Assembly: GCF_001194135.2 (NCBI RefSeq)
Contig: NC_069005.1
Coordinates: forward strand, 12,018,857 to 12,061,069
Direction: 5' to 3'
Origin: Octopus bimaculoides
Lineage: Eukaryota
DNA: 42,213 bases
Positions 11,488 to 23,871 of this stretch are shown here, piece after piece. Below the pieces are notes generated by a model, which worked only from the letters and a program-made list of their open reading frames with translations, searched no databases and was not told the DNA's origin. How positions within the stretch are numbered: the first letter of the stretch is position 1; every line of letters starts with the position of its first letter. Both the position numbers and the translations under genes were made by a program.

Positions 11488-12971
11488 CTGTAACTCAAGA
11501 AATAGTTTCACAGTCAGCTAGGTGACCCAACGAATTTAAGAAAATTGTACACCAAGAATTCTCCGTTCGGCATCAAATAGTAAAAGAGCTAACAGCAAAT
11601 GCATTCGAGTCTCGCTTCCTTCAACGTCTACACTCATTCACAACAGAATGCAGATTAAATACCATGATTTTATAATATTCTTTTTCTAATCACCCATATA
11701 AGGTACCACAGAAAGATATGAAAACCAGTAAAATGAGGCTCATATCTTTCAAAAATCTTATCTTGAATTTAATGGGGCAAGGAACTGTGGATTTTACCTC
11801 ATCAAGGAATTCCACATTTTCATGCAACTTGCATCGTATCTTAGAAAGACAGATGTGTCGTCCGAATATCGACAGCACTTTTATATTCACCAGAGTCATG
11901 ACTCTCACAGCTTATAGATACCGACATAAAAATACCACATCTAAAATGACTTCACCTACTTTGAAGTTCCAACATGTACATATATGGCACATATTCATCA
12001 AAGGACAGGGGATTCACATAACGTAAAATGCCCGATCATATGACTAGACTCGACCAATGAAAAGGCAACATTCTATTTACTAACTCCCACCATCTTTAGA
12101 AAAATCCACCTGCTATCTCAAGGATCACAGCAACAAAATCGCTTTGTGTAACAGTGTAAATGTTTCTGTGACAATTGAGTGTAATTGCTGACTGATTACT
12201 AATAAATATAAAGTGGACTTCATGCTGTGGCAGTCTTTTCTTTATTCATTAATTTTAGACGTATATACCTTTATTCTTTGCCGACAACCATTTTGTTTCA
12301 CATTAGACGAATATTCACTGCTGATTTTCTTATATGATTTTATGTGCGTGTATAAAGAGAGAGAATGGGTGGCAGAGGAAATGAATGAGTTAAAATATAA
12401 AAGAAAGAGACCTGAAGAGAAAGAGAACGTTATGCAGTATATTTAAAGTCTGGTATGTTAAGAAAAAGAAAACGTGATTGGATAAACATCAAAATAAACA
12501 AACACATGAAGAACTGATATATAAATGTGTGTGTGATTGTATATATATATATATATATATNNNNNNNNNNNNNNNNNNNNNNNNNNNNNNNNNNNNNNNN
12601 NNNNNNNNNNNNNNNNNNNNNNNNNNNNNNNNNNNNNNNNNNNNNNNNNNNNNNNNNNNNNNNNNNNNNNNNNNNNNNNNNNNNNNNNNNNNNNNNNNNN
12701 NNNNNNNNNNNNNNNNNNNNNNNNNNNNNNNNNNNNNNNNNNNNNNNNNNNNNNNNNNNNNNNNNNNNNNNNNNNNNNNNNNNNNNNNNNNNNNNNNNNN
12801 NNNNNNNNNNNNNNNNNNNNNNNNNNNNNNNNNNNNNNNNNNNNNNNNNNNNNNNNNNNNNNNNNNNNNNNNNNNNNNNNNNNNNNNNNNNNNNNNNNNN
12901 NNNNNNNNNNNNNNNNNNNNNNNNNNNNNNNNNNNNNNNNNNNNNNNNNNNNNNNNNNNNNNNNNNNNNNN

Positions 12972-13016
<45 letters not shown>

Positions 13017-13035
13017 TATAGATATATGTAAATAC

Positions 13036-13066
<31 letters not shown>

Positions 13067-13729
13067 CATATATATATAATTGTATTTATATATACATACA
13101 TGCATATATATACATGTATGTGTTTGAACAGAAATACATTTACAGAGGTAGGAAGGTTCTAGATGCCAAACAGCTGATCATTAGAAAATAAATGCGCTTC
13201 CATCGATTTCCCAAATTCCCCATTAGCTTAGTTTGTGTTTTTCTCTGTTTCCCTCTCGCTCTCTATCACAGCCTCTCTCACATTATCTCTCAGTCTCTCC
13301 CTTTCTCTCTCTTTCCTACTCTCCTTTTCAGATCGCGCTGCGACAAAAAAGACACAAAAAAAAAATGAAGAAAGAAACAGAAGCAAAAAGATGTCTCTAA
13401 AACTGCGAGATTCTCATGGGAAATGGTGTTCATTTTATTTTGGCAGTTTTAGTTTTTGTCCTTTGTTTAGACGGATTAAACAAACATTGAATCAGATTGA
13501 AAGAGAGGGTGGGGAGACGGAAGAAACGGGGAAAGGCAAGACAGTGAACGAAAGAGTGATAAGAGAAGAAAGAGTAACATAGGGAGGAAAGCGTCAAGTA
13601 AAGAAGTAAAGAGGGTGAAAGTTTTAAACGGTGTTATATCTTGGCTATTGATCCGGTATTTGGAAAAAGCAAATTATTGTTTTTACATGTGCTATTCTCA
13701 CATGTATCATTAGAGGAAGAGACTTAACC

Positions 13730-13731
<2 letters not shown>

Positions 13732-13780
<49 letters not shown>

Positions 13781-13824
13781 ATGGTGATGGTGATTATGAT
13801 GATGATGATGATGATGATGATGAT
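13732..13824. repeat. (AGT)n followed by (GAT)n trinucleotide microsatellites
   Basis: Directly visible. Confidence 0.95.
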
Positions 13825-14175
13825 ATTTTTACATTGCCAGCAGTGTACTAATGATACAAAAATGTGTTAAAAGGTTTTACCAAAAAAAAAAAAAATGTCT
13901 CGATATACAAAATTATATATAGACTAGAGGAAGTGGTGGAAGACACTACAGAATATACTGAGACGAATTCAAAATAAATAAAATGCACTAGATAGTGAAA
14001 TTAACAAAAATATATATAAATATACAATTTAATTAGAACATATTGACTGGCAAAAACGAGCACTGGAGTTTCATTAAAACTACCTACTAACCTAACAACG
14101 CATCAGACAAGCCTTATTTTGATTGTCCTTGAAATTTAGATGATCCAATGGATCAGGATGGAAGGGACCCTAATA

Positions 14176-14392
14176 AGGCAACGTCCTGGCAGAATCTTTA
14201 GATCATCGAATAAACTAATAAACAGCATTTTTTGTTTTCGGCACTGTAGGTTCCGAGATAAAATTCTCCCGCGGCCGGCTCTGCCTTTCATCCTTTCGAT
14301 AAAATAAAACTAGTTGAGTAATGGGGTCAATTCAATCGACTTAAACATCCCAAATCGAAAGTTCTGGTTTTGCTAGAATTGGAAAGAATTAT
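14176..14392 (+). mobile_element. SINE type 2, diverged full-length copy
   Basis: CTGGCAGAATC head; CTGCCTTTCATCCTTTCGATAAAATAA...TGGGGTCAATTCAATCGAC body shared with 31503-31662 and, reversed, with 30196-30395. Confidence 0.8.
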
Positions 14393-15532
14393 AACATTAG
14401 ATGTTATAAACTGTTTGAGGTGTATATGTTCTATTCAATTGAAAATGACTTCCTTCTGGATTTTCACTTTATTTTTCTTTTCTTTTCCATGTAATCTGCA
14501 GAAATAATCCAACAGTTCCCTCGTTATCCCTGAAACGTTCTGTGAACTTCAGAGATTATCAGACGTTTATACGCTCAGCTTTCGGCTACGTTGTCTGCTT
14601 GCTTTCTCCTGGTGTGCTTGCTCCTTTTTAACTCATCGCTTGTCCTCAGAGCACATATCCCTGGTGCCCATACATCATACATGATACATATTCCTAATGT
14701 TATCACGAGACTAACCTGGGACTTAGGAAAGAAAGCTTTATACTACTTAGAACATATGAAATGAGGGCTAAAACTCTGAAAACAAGCATGGACGTTTAAG
14801 ACAAACATTCAAACATGCTTTGGACAGGTAAAAGTTTAAGACACTTTTCCTCGTTTTACTCTTTCTATTATCGTTGATAATTTTCGAACTCACACATTTC
14901 TCAATGTCCACATAGTTTCAAGACAGATAGATTAAAGAATGTTATCAACGGAAGACTTTCTGATCGTTCGATTCTGACGTTGAAGACAAAGCGAATGTGT
15001 TTTGCCTACAAAGAGCGATGTTCATGTTCTGCTCTTTTTGAGTTCTGCAATTGTTGTTGTTGACACTTTTCCCTCCGTTCCATTTCTCTTATCTCCTGTC
15101 TTTCTATTTCCTGAATATCTTCAAAATGCTTCTCACTGTTAACTGGTATTTCTACTCTGCACTACTTATTGTACTAGTTTTCTCTTTATAACGATGGTGT
15201 GAAACGACCTAAGTTAAACTCAAGTCTCCGGGAGATATTGAACTTCAGACCCCTTGCTAAGATACATACCATCTTTCGAACATTCATTGCTTTTACTCAC
15301 TCTCTGCGCTCTAACTTTGGTCATATGATATTTCGAAGGTAAAAATATGGCAAGGATCAATTTCAGTACAAATATTTTCATACGACATTTGTATTGTAGT
15401 ATAATCCAAGGACATATTCTGGACGGATCAGTTTCGTTTGCTTCTTTCTTCTCTCTTCAAAAACCAGGAACATATCCTCTTATACTCTACCCTGGTCAAC
15501 GGAAATTCCATTGTTCTGCCTATCGGTTAGGG

Positions 15533-15725
15533 CAGTGGTTCCCAACCTTTTCACTCATTATTTAAATGAGCTTTCCCACGGACTGGTATTAATATGCTTA
15601 TCTGTATGTATATATATATATATATATATATAATTATAAATGAAATTTTAAATTTAGTTCGTGGACCCCCAGTACAACCTTTTCGGACCATCACGGGTTC
15701 GCAGACCACAGGTTGGGAACCACTT
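15533..15725. mobile_element. Non-autonomous hAT (Charlie-like) MITE, 193 bp
   Basis: TIRs CAGTGGTTCCCAACCT (15533-15548) and AGGTTGGGAACCACTT (15710-15725; 15/16 match); flanking 8-mers GGTTAGGG (15525-15532) and GGTTGGGG (15726-15733) match 7/8. An 8-bp TSD and CAG-type termini are hAT hallmarks. Confidence 0.85.
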
Positions 15726-16149
15726 GGTTGGGGCTTTCTTTCAGCTGTTATTTAACACGAGATATGTTAATTCTTACCATTACCTTTAAGAAAATTCGTC
15801 AAATCAGAATTCGGATATTTTGCTAATCAGAACTTCTCTATTAGTTTTGTCAGAAAGCAGGTACATGTTTAACGCATCTCTTCGACTGTTAGTAATATCA
15901 CACTTGCTTTGATGATGGAAATTTTGGCTTCTGCCAACTTTTGTCGCTGCAAACTTATTAATTTGTAACATGGACACTTTGGAATGTTCTATTTATATTC
16001 GTTCTATCGTTTACGCGAGTACAAGTAGTGGAGTGTCATAACTATGCGTCGAAATGGATCTTTTGGGGTTTGAATAATACACCTCTGCAGACATGAATGT
16101 TTTGCTCATCATCCTTAAACGAGCTTTATTCAGGGATCTTTTTGAGCGG

Positions 16150-16358
16150 GGTGGATAACTCGTACTAAAGAAAATTCTAACTGGACCCCCAAATAAAGGT
16201 CATGCGTTATTTATCTTGGTATAAGATACCATGTCGCCTACAAATGCTTTTGATGCATGTCTCTGGCGTATCCCTATCAGACAGGTGGTCGCGATAAGTA
16301 CATTGAGTTATACTTGTACTGCAGTGTCACTTTGATGGCATGTACTGCTCTCTCACTC
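16150..16358 (+). mobile_element. Probable 3' end of another retroposon terminating in the (AAT)n tract
   Basis: Ends ...GATGGCATGTACTGCTCTCTCACTC directly followed by (AAT)n. Family assignment is inference from recalled octopus repeats. Confidence 0.45.
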
Positions 16359-16438
<80 letters not shown>

Positions 16439-16485
16439 CAATAATCATAATAATAATAATAAGAAGAAGAAGAAGAAGAAGAAGA
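16359..16485. repeat. (AAT)n then (AAG)n microsatellite
   Basis: Directly visible; abuts the 5' end of the R4/Dong fragment. Confidence 0.95.
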
Positions 16486-16486
16486 A

Positions 16487-17453
16487 ACAACAAAAGCTAT
16501 AAAACAAATGAAATCCAAACTAAAACTAGAACAGCAACGGACCATGATAAAACGATGGCAAGAAAAGCCCCTACATGGTAAATACTGGGCTAAACTAAAT
16601 GCGAAAGAAATAGACAGAGAAAAATCCCAGCAATGGCTGAGAGGATCAGGACTCAAAGCAGAGACTGAAGGATTTTTAATTGCTGCACAAGACCAAAGCC
16701 TCCCCACCAGAAATTACCAAAAACACAATGAAAAGAAATATAACAAGTAACTGTAGAATGTGTGGAGATCGACAAGAAACAATAAATCATATTATCTCTG
16801 GCTGCCCAGTCCTGGCTAAGAAGGAATATATTCACAGACACGACAGAGCTGGGACCTATATANNNNNNNNNNNNNNNNNNNNNNNNNNNNNNNNNNNNNN
16901 NNNNNNNNNNNNNNNNNNNNNNNNNNNNNNNNNNNNNNNNNNNNNNNNNNNNNNNNNNNNNNNNNNNNNNNNNNNNNNNNNNNNNNNNNNNNNNNNNNNN
17001 NNNNNNNNNNNNNNNNNNNNNNNNNNNNNNNNNNNNNNNNNNNNNNNNNNNNNNNNNNNNNNNNNNNNNNNNNNNNNNNNNNNNNNNNNNNNNNNNNNNN
17101 NNNNNNNNNNNNNNNNNNNNNNNNNNNNNNNNNNNNNNAATACAAAGACCTGGAAATAGAGATAACTCGAATGTGGAATCTAAAAACAGAAACAATTCCT
17201 ATCATAGTAGGTATAATAAAAAAAATATTCAGACAAATACATAACAAAAATAGCAGGACTTACAAATATATATAACATACAGAAAATTTCACTACTGGGT
17301 ACTGCACACATTCTACGCAAAACACTTTCAATACAGTAAACATAAGAGCACCACAGCAAACCACAGCACATACCCAAGGCGCACAGAGCTGCGCTCGGTA
17401 GTGAAGTGAAAGCACGTTATAAAAATAAAACTACTGAATAATAATAATAATAA
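16487..17453 (+). mobile_element. 5'-truncated, frameshifted R4/Dong-clade non-LTR retrotransposon (zinc knuckle plus restriction-like endonuclease end)
   Basis: Peptides WQEKPLHGKY...WL...LKAETEGFLIAAQDQSL.TRNY; CCHC knuckle CRMCGDRQETINHIISGC; RHD motif; after the gap KYKDLEIEITRMWNLKTETIPIIVG and QKISLLGTAHILRKTLSIQ* (stop 17337-17339). Frameshifts near 16726 and 17213-17225; 3' UTR ends in (AAT)n at ~17438-17453. Confidence 0.9.
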
Positions 17454-18227
17454 TGGGTGCCGTCACCAGCAGACTTTATAGTTTCACTATGGAGTTGGTG
17501 CACGTACGAGCGTTGCATTAATTCAAATATCTGCTCTATTGTGAACAGCAACTAATGTACTTATTCTCCTCGATATGTAAGAAAACTAGTTTTGTCCCAG
17601 TATCAAGACGCAGTATCAAGTCTTATATTTGAACGGAAAGAGAACCTGTGAAACCTCTGACAAGTTACTGTACGTTCTCAAAGAATCAACCAGAGCAAGT
17701 AAGACAGAGAGCTCTGAGAGATAAAATGTAATAATAATAACAATCTCGTATATAATTACAATGCAATCCTTTTCTCCGATTGGCCACTGAATTAGCCTAA
17801 TTATAAACGCAAGTATACTTGATGAATTGAAGATTACATGGACCCAGTTCGAAATCGAAACGAGAAAGCAGGTGCGAAAAGTGGCATTCTATAAATTTAA
17901 TTAAAATTCCATGCATTTCCCTTAATTTGCTGCCTGATTATAATAATTTAATTTACTCTTTCAAAGGGGTTTAGTTATTGAAGTTAAGATATGCAAAACT
18001 ACCTCCATAAAAGTTTCATTTAGTTCTTCAGTTCTTAATTCAGTTCTTCATAGACTGCATTAATTATTTCACTCTAGTGTTTGAAGGAACTCTAGTGATT
18101 GAAGAGCTGAGGTTCGTTTTGACAAAAAGTGAAACTTGACACCCACTGTAACACCCAGAAACATGCACACATACACACACGCTCATGCATGTTAACGTGT
18201 GTTTGCAATATAAGTTAATATATATCA

Positions 18228-18285
<58 letters not shown>

Positions 18286-18323
18286 GTGCGTGCGTGCGTG
18301 TGCGTGTGTGTGTATGTGTGTAA

Positions 18324-18373
<50 letters not shown>

Positions 18374-19270
18374 GCACGCGCACATTTATGCACACACACA
18401 TTGGTTACAGTGGAGCATTATATATCGCTTGACGTCTTCTTCATCAACTATAAAAGTATTGTTCGTTCTGATGTTTGTATACGAAAAAACACAAAGAAGG
18501 AAATCATCGGGAAATCACCGCAACGGTGGTGGTAAAATAACTATATTTATAATAAAATAAAATGAAATAAAATAAAAACTGTTAATAAAAGTAGGTTATC
18601 TACTTTTAAGAGAAGCATATAACTGATTAATCAGTTTAAATGTCATATTGTAATTTTAAAAGGTGACAATGTATAACAGCGAGGAGAAGAGAAAACGAAT
18701 GAAAGAGAAAAAAGGAAACCGTACAAGGAAAACAAAAATATTATCCAGACCTGAAAGTCTGGCAAAACATTGCTTTAAATGTCATAGTGTTATAATTCAT
18801 TCGTTCCTTATAATTAACTAACATCTGCTGGTTGCAATCGGCTATGTTTTCTTTGCATTGTAAGCGTCTAGGGTCAACAATTCGAATATCAATTAATTGT
18901 TTTGAGATCAATTCTTCCAGTTATATAACTCAATCAAATAAAATTTCATACATATGAGTTTTAGGAAGTGTGTAGTAGATTGCTTTTGTTTATATCAATG
19001 AAAGGGAAACTTAAGACAAATCTAGTTACTGATTTATCTGTATAAGGATAAGAGTGCCATTTTGATATGATTTATATTTTGGATTTCAAATCTTAAAATG
19101 GCTTCGGCTGCCGTTCATTATTCGGAGTTGATAAAAGAAATCCCATACTTAAGGATCAAGAACTAAATTGAACTAAATACCCAAAATGTTTCTGGGTTTA
19201 CGCTAATAATACACATTAATACACACGTACAATACAATACATACACACGTACAACATAAATATACATACA

Positions 19271-19303
<33 letters not shown>

Positions 19304-19317
19304 TAATATATGCATAT

Positions 19318-19353
19318 TGGTAGGGATAACCGGCGTTGCTCGGGATTAAATGG
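19318..19353 (+). mobile_element. Possible Helitron-like 5' terminal snippet
   Basis: GATAACCGGCGTTGCTCGGG resembles the CCCGGCGTTGCCCGG subterminal motif seen near Helitron 5' ends; no 3' end found. Confidence 0.25.
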
Positions 19354-19369
19354 TATAGGCTTTTTATAG

Positions 19370-19545
19370 TTTTAGTTGTTTCGGCCATGTGACTGTGGCC
19401 AGGCTGGAGCACATCGTTTATTCCTATAATCCGGCCCAGCATATATTCTTTGTAAGGCTAGTACTTATATTATCGGTGTGCTTTACCAAACGCTAAGTTA
19501 CGAGGGCATAAACACAGCAACATCGGTTGTGGGTACAAACAGACA
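19370..19545 (-). mobile_element. SINE type 1, 3' half
   Basis: GACTGTGGCCAGGCTGGAGCAC...TTCTTTGTAAGGCTAGTACTTAT...CGCTAAGTTACG...CAACATCGGTTGT. Confidence 0.85.
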
Positions 19546-19547
19546 CG

Positions 19548-19578
<31 letters not shown>

Positions 19579-19628
19579 TTAAACATATATATATATATAC
19601 ATATATGAATATATATACATAAATATAT

Positions 19629-19683
<55 letters not shown>

Positions 19684-20541
19684 NNNNNNNNNNNNNNNNN
19701 NNNNNNNNNNNNNNNNNNNNNNNNNNNNNNNNNNNNNNNNNNNNNNNNNNNNNNNNNNNNNNNNNNNNNNNNNNNNNNNNNNNNNNNNNNNNNNNNNNNN
19801 NNNNNNNNNNNNNNNNNNNNNNNNNNNNNNNNNNNNNNNNNNNNNNNNNNNNNNNNNNNNNNNNNNNNNNNNNNNNNNNNNNNNNNNNNNNNNNNNNNNN
19901 NNNNNNNNNNNNNNNNNNNNNNNNNNNNNNNNNNNNNNNNNNNNNNNNNNNNNNNNNNNNNNNNNNNNNNNNNNNNNNNNNNNNNNNNNNNNNNNNNNNN
20001 NNNNNNNNNNNNNNNNNNNNNNNNNNNNNNNNNNNNNNNNNNNNNNNNNNNNNNNNNNNNNNNNNNNNNNNNNNNNNATGTTTTCAGTAGTAATAGTTTC
20101 ACTACGTATATATTATATACATAGTGCAAGTATTAATAGTGAAACTATTGAAACTAAAAATACCTCACATTACAATAAAGATGTTATTATTTCACTTTTT
20201 ACACGTAATACTCAAATAGTGTAAGAGACAAGAGATTGCTCTGGACTCGCATTAGGCAAGAAGATGAAACTTTTCTCGGCCCACGACACTGCATGACACC
20301 CTAACACCCTAAATTATGCATGTGTAAAATTTAAATGAAATCGGCTGGATTGTTCTCGAGTTTTAGTGATGCACACATACAGACACACAGACATATTCTC
20401 AATATTCAATTCCGTACATCACACCTAACACTATCATTTTCGCGCTCTCTCTTTCCCCCCTTTCTCTCTGTCTCTGTCTCTCTCTCTCCCTTTCTCTCTG
20501 TCTCTCTCTCTCTCCCTTTTTCTCTGTCTCTCTCTCTCTCT

Positions 20542-20599
<58 letters not shown>

Positions 20600-21017
20600 A
20601 CGTATATGTATATATTCGTATGAGTCGCTTATAGGTCTTTGGACCGAGGAAGGCCTGAAACCCTTCGTAATCAGGCGTATTTTCCGATATCCACGGTCAC
20701 ATTAACAAGATATGCAATGTGCGTTACGTATAAAACTGCCTGATTTTATCTCAGAAAAATTGTAGTTCTATAGACTTTACTGCCCGTGTTTATGTTTAAG
20801 TGGGTGTCAATGCAAGATTTATATTTCAATTGTCATATGTGCATTTTGTGACGCGTGTTGTCGTCTGTGCACTTATTTTTAATTGTGAACGGTTTTACTA
20901 GTAAATCCGTCCATTATTGATGATCCATTTCGGGTTACATTAATTATAGCATCAATGTGTCATCCTCTAATGTTTTTCTCTGTGGTTTCGTTTAATATTA
21001 CGACTCTTAATGCGTTT

Positions 21018-21061
21018 CAGTTGTCCACTGTCGTAAATGCAGTTGTCCACTGTCGTAAATG
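21018..21061. repeat. Perfect 22-bp tandem duplication
   Basis: CAGTTGTCCACTGTCGTAAATG x2. Confidence 0.95.
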
Positions 21062-21139
21062 AGGAATGAATATTGTGTGGATATGTGTTTTTGAAGTATA
21101 CATATATGCATTCACATATACCTACATATAACTATATGT

Positions 21140-21325
21140 GTGTGTGTATTTGTCTATCACCACCGCTTCCCAACCGGTGTTGGTTTGTTTACGTTCTGTA
21201 ACTTAATGGTTCGCTAAACAAAGATTGATAGAATAAGTACGGAGCTTTAAAATAAGTACTGGGGTCAATTTGTTCCTTCAGTATAGTGACTGAGTATGGC
21301 TGACGTCCAATGGCTGATAGGAGTA
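21140..21325 (+). mobile_element. SINE type 1, 3' half
   Basis: CCACCGCTTCCCAACCGGTGTTGGTTTGTTTACG...GATAGAATAAGTAC...ATAAGTACTGGGGTCAATTTG. Confidence 0.8.
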
Positions 21326-21405
21326 ACAATAGCGTTTACAGTGTCTCAATGTATGGCAATACAATAGCTTCTAATTTCATATGATGTCCACAAGGTACCT
21401 TCGCT

Positions 21406-21500
21406 ACATTTATCAGTAATATGGTGGTTAGACGAACGTAATATGGTGGTTAGACAAACACAATTTATCAGTAATATGATGGTTAGACAGACGTAATATG
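21406..21500. repeat. Short minisatellite with higher-order structure (22-nt unit, ~55-nt super-unit)
   Basis: GTAATATGGTGGTTAGAC(G/A)AAC at 21416-21437 and 21438-21459, variant at 21471-21492, partial at 21493-21500; ACA(A)TTTATCA precedes units 1 and 3. Confidence 0.85.
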
Positions 21501-21622
21501 CAAGTGTAGTAATTTGCATGGCAATTTTGAAATGCGTCCATAATGTCATATTATATAAAGTATCATTAGGATATATATGTGTGTGTGTGTGTGTGTGTGG
21601 GTGTGTGTGTGTGTGTGTGTGC

Positions 21623-21708
<86 letters not shown>

Positions 21709-22103
21709 TAAGATTCTAAAACTCAGACAAAGCAAAATAGTTATTCTGTAACTGTCTTATCATTGAGGGATATATATGTATATATTAATTACACTATTGA
21801 GATAGTACTTGCCATTTTGTTCAGACTGGCAAACTCTAAAGAGTGTGGTTATTACGTTATCGTCTATTTACCTAATACCTGTTTCCAAAGCGATTGATAT
21901 GATCGGCTGTAATGGATCTACAATATTCTACACCATGATTAATACACGCATGAATAAACGCACATACACACACGTATTTATAATAAATTAATTGTTATAT
22001 AGAATCCAAGTGTTTGCTACATGAAATAATGAAATGATTTCAAAGAAATCGGCTGTCTTAAAATTAATAGAAAATCCGCAAAATATCAAAATAACAAAAT
22101 ATC

Positions 22104-22134
22104 CAATCATCGATATTTATTATATCGATGATTG
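22104..22134. repeat. Perfect inverted repeat, 13-bp arms, 5-nt loop
   Basis: CAATCATCGATAT-TTATT-ATATCGATGATTG. Confidence 0.9.
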
Positions 22135-22674
22135 AAGATAGGAAATCGTTTTAATATATTATTTACAATCGTTTCATCATTTTCTGTCGTAAGCGATCTT
22201 GTTTAATTTACAATAGTTTTATCATTCTCCGTTGTAACCAATCCTTCTTCCAGCAACTACTGATTTATTTCCAAGTACAATATAGGATTTCTTTTATAGC
22301 CCATAACAGAGTTGATTCTCCAGAAACTTGTAAAAAGGAATATGCTTTTTTATTCTGATGTCACGTTGATAAATGATTAATACTTTCTTATAATTCCAAA
22401 TTATGCAGGGTTAAGTAATCACATTTACGTAATAAATAGAAAAGAATACAGAGTAACAAATGGATGAAGGAGGATTTAACGATATAAATAATTCTGTCAT
22501 ATTGACAGTCGTGTTTACTAACGTAAACAATATTCTGCTGCGACTAGAAAGTCGGTAATCTTTCTGTCTAAACTTTATACACTACACTTTTATTTATTAC
22601 ATACACACGCACACACTCACATATCTTTGTAGGCATTCATAGGTACCTATACACGCAAATAGATGTTAACACAC

Positions 22675-22780
22675 GCACAGCCTGAGGCTATAGTGGAAGA
22701 CATTAGCCGAAGGTGTTACGCAAGGCGATTGCACCCAGAACTATGTGGCTGGGAACCAAATTTCTTATCACTGATCTACT
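22675..22780 (-). mobile_element. SINE type 1 head fragment
   Basis: GAGGCTATAGTGGAAGACATTAGCCGAAGGTG...GCACCCAGAACTATGTGG matches the reverse of the type-1 head. Confidence 0.7.
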
Positions 22781-22884
22781 CATCTATACATACATACCTA
22801 CATATACATAGACAGACACACACACGTGTGTGTGTAGTAAAATTGATAAAAGACTATAGTGAAGTTGACGTGAGAAGTGGAAAA

Positions 22885-22917
22885 TCTAACGTTTTGGACA
22901 GAGTCCTTCTTCAGGGA
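22885..22917 (-). ncRNA. Degenerate minimal hammerhead ribozyme (Penelope-like terminal relic)
   Basis: CTGAAGA-A-GGAC(TCT)GTCC-AAAAC-GTT: intact CUGANGA, 4-bp stem II, G12->A substitution in GAAA, broken stem I. Confidence 0.55.
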
Positions 22918-23444
22918 AAAGTTGCCGGGAGAGATGTTAATAAGGCACAATAAAGGTTAACATCTTGTTCACATCTATTTTACTCAGTAATGCATGTCTT
23001 GCCGACCCGAACTAACAGCAGTCAATTTCGAATCGGATTGTATGAAGTAAAGAGTAGGCAATCATTTTAAGTAGATTAAATATTTTATACAACAAATACA
23101 TAAAGGTAAATATTTTATTATTGCTTCGAGTTTTGTACAGAATAGCAGTATACAGCCCAAGAGATGCTGCCATTGAATAATGAAGTAGAGGAGAAACTTT
23201 GATCGGGTAACTGCAGGAAAGGTTGGTATAAACACGATGCAAATCTTGTTATTTTAAAGGACATGGATCCATTTTCTATCTCTCCTTAATTACTGAATGA
23301 CTAATAGTATTGGCAGGTTGTAAGCAGAGAATTAACAAATTTTAATTAAGGGATTTGATACTATCGCATTATATAAAGATAGTTTGAGTGATAGCACACA
23401 AACATATGCACACATACATGCATACATACATACACGCATATAGA

Positions 23445-23500
<56 letters not shown>

Positions 23501-23835
23501 NNNNNNNNNNNNNNNNNNNNNNNNNNNNNNNNNNNNNNNNNNNNNNNNNNNNNNNNNNNNNNNNNNNNNNNNNNNNNNNNNNNNNNNNNNNNNNNNNNNN
23601 NNNNNNNNNNNNNNNNNNNNNNNNNNNNNNNNNNNNNNNNNNNNNNNNNNNNNNNNNNNNNNNNNNNNNNNNNNNNNNNNNNNNNNNNNNNNNNNNNNNN
23701 NNNNNNNNNNNNNNNNNNNNNNNNNNNNNNNNNNNNNNNNNNNNNNNNNNNNNNNNNNNNNNNNNNNNNNNNNNNNNNNNNNNNNNNNNNNNNNNNNNNN
23801 NNNNNNNNNNNNNNNNNNNNNNNNNNNNNNNNNNN

Positions 23836-23871
<36 letters not shown>

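Noticed and set aside
11690-12026. Overlapping 102-aa (+) and 72-aa (-) ORFs
   Set aside because: No recognisable motif and no consistent splice structure.
17601-17698. Plus-strand AG...GT open segment IKTQYQVLYLNGKRTCETSDKLLYVLKESTRA
   Set aside because: No phase-compatible plus-strand partner; this length is common by chance.
21406-21500. CRISPR-like repeat/spacer appearance
   Set aside because: Units are directly adjacent without unique spacers, in a eukaryotic context.
1300-21500. Three separate repeats all with 22-nt periods (1300-2150, 21018-21061, 21416-21500)
   Set aside because: Unit sequences are unrelated; treated as coincidence.
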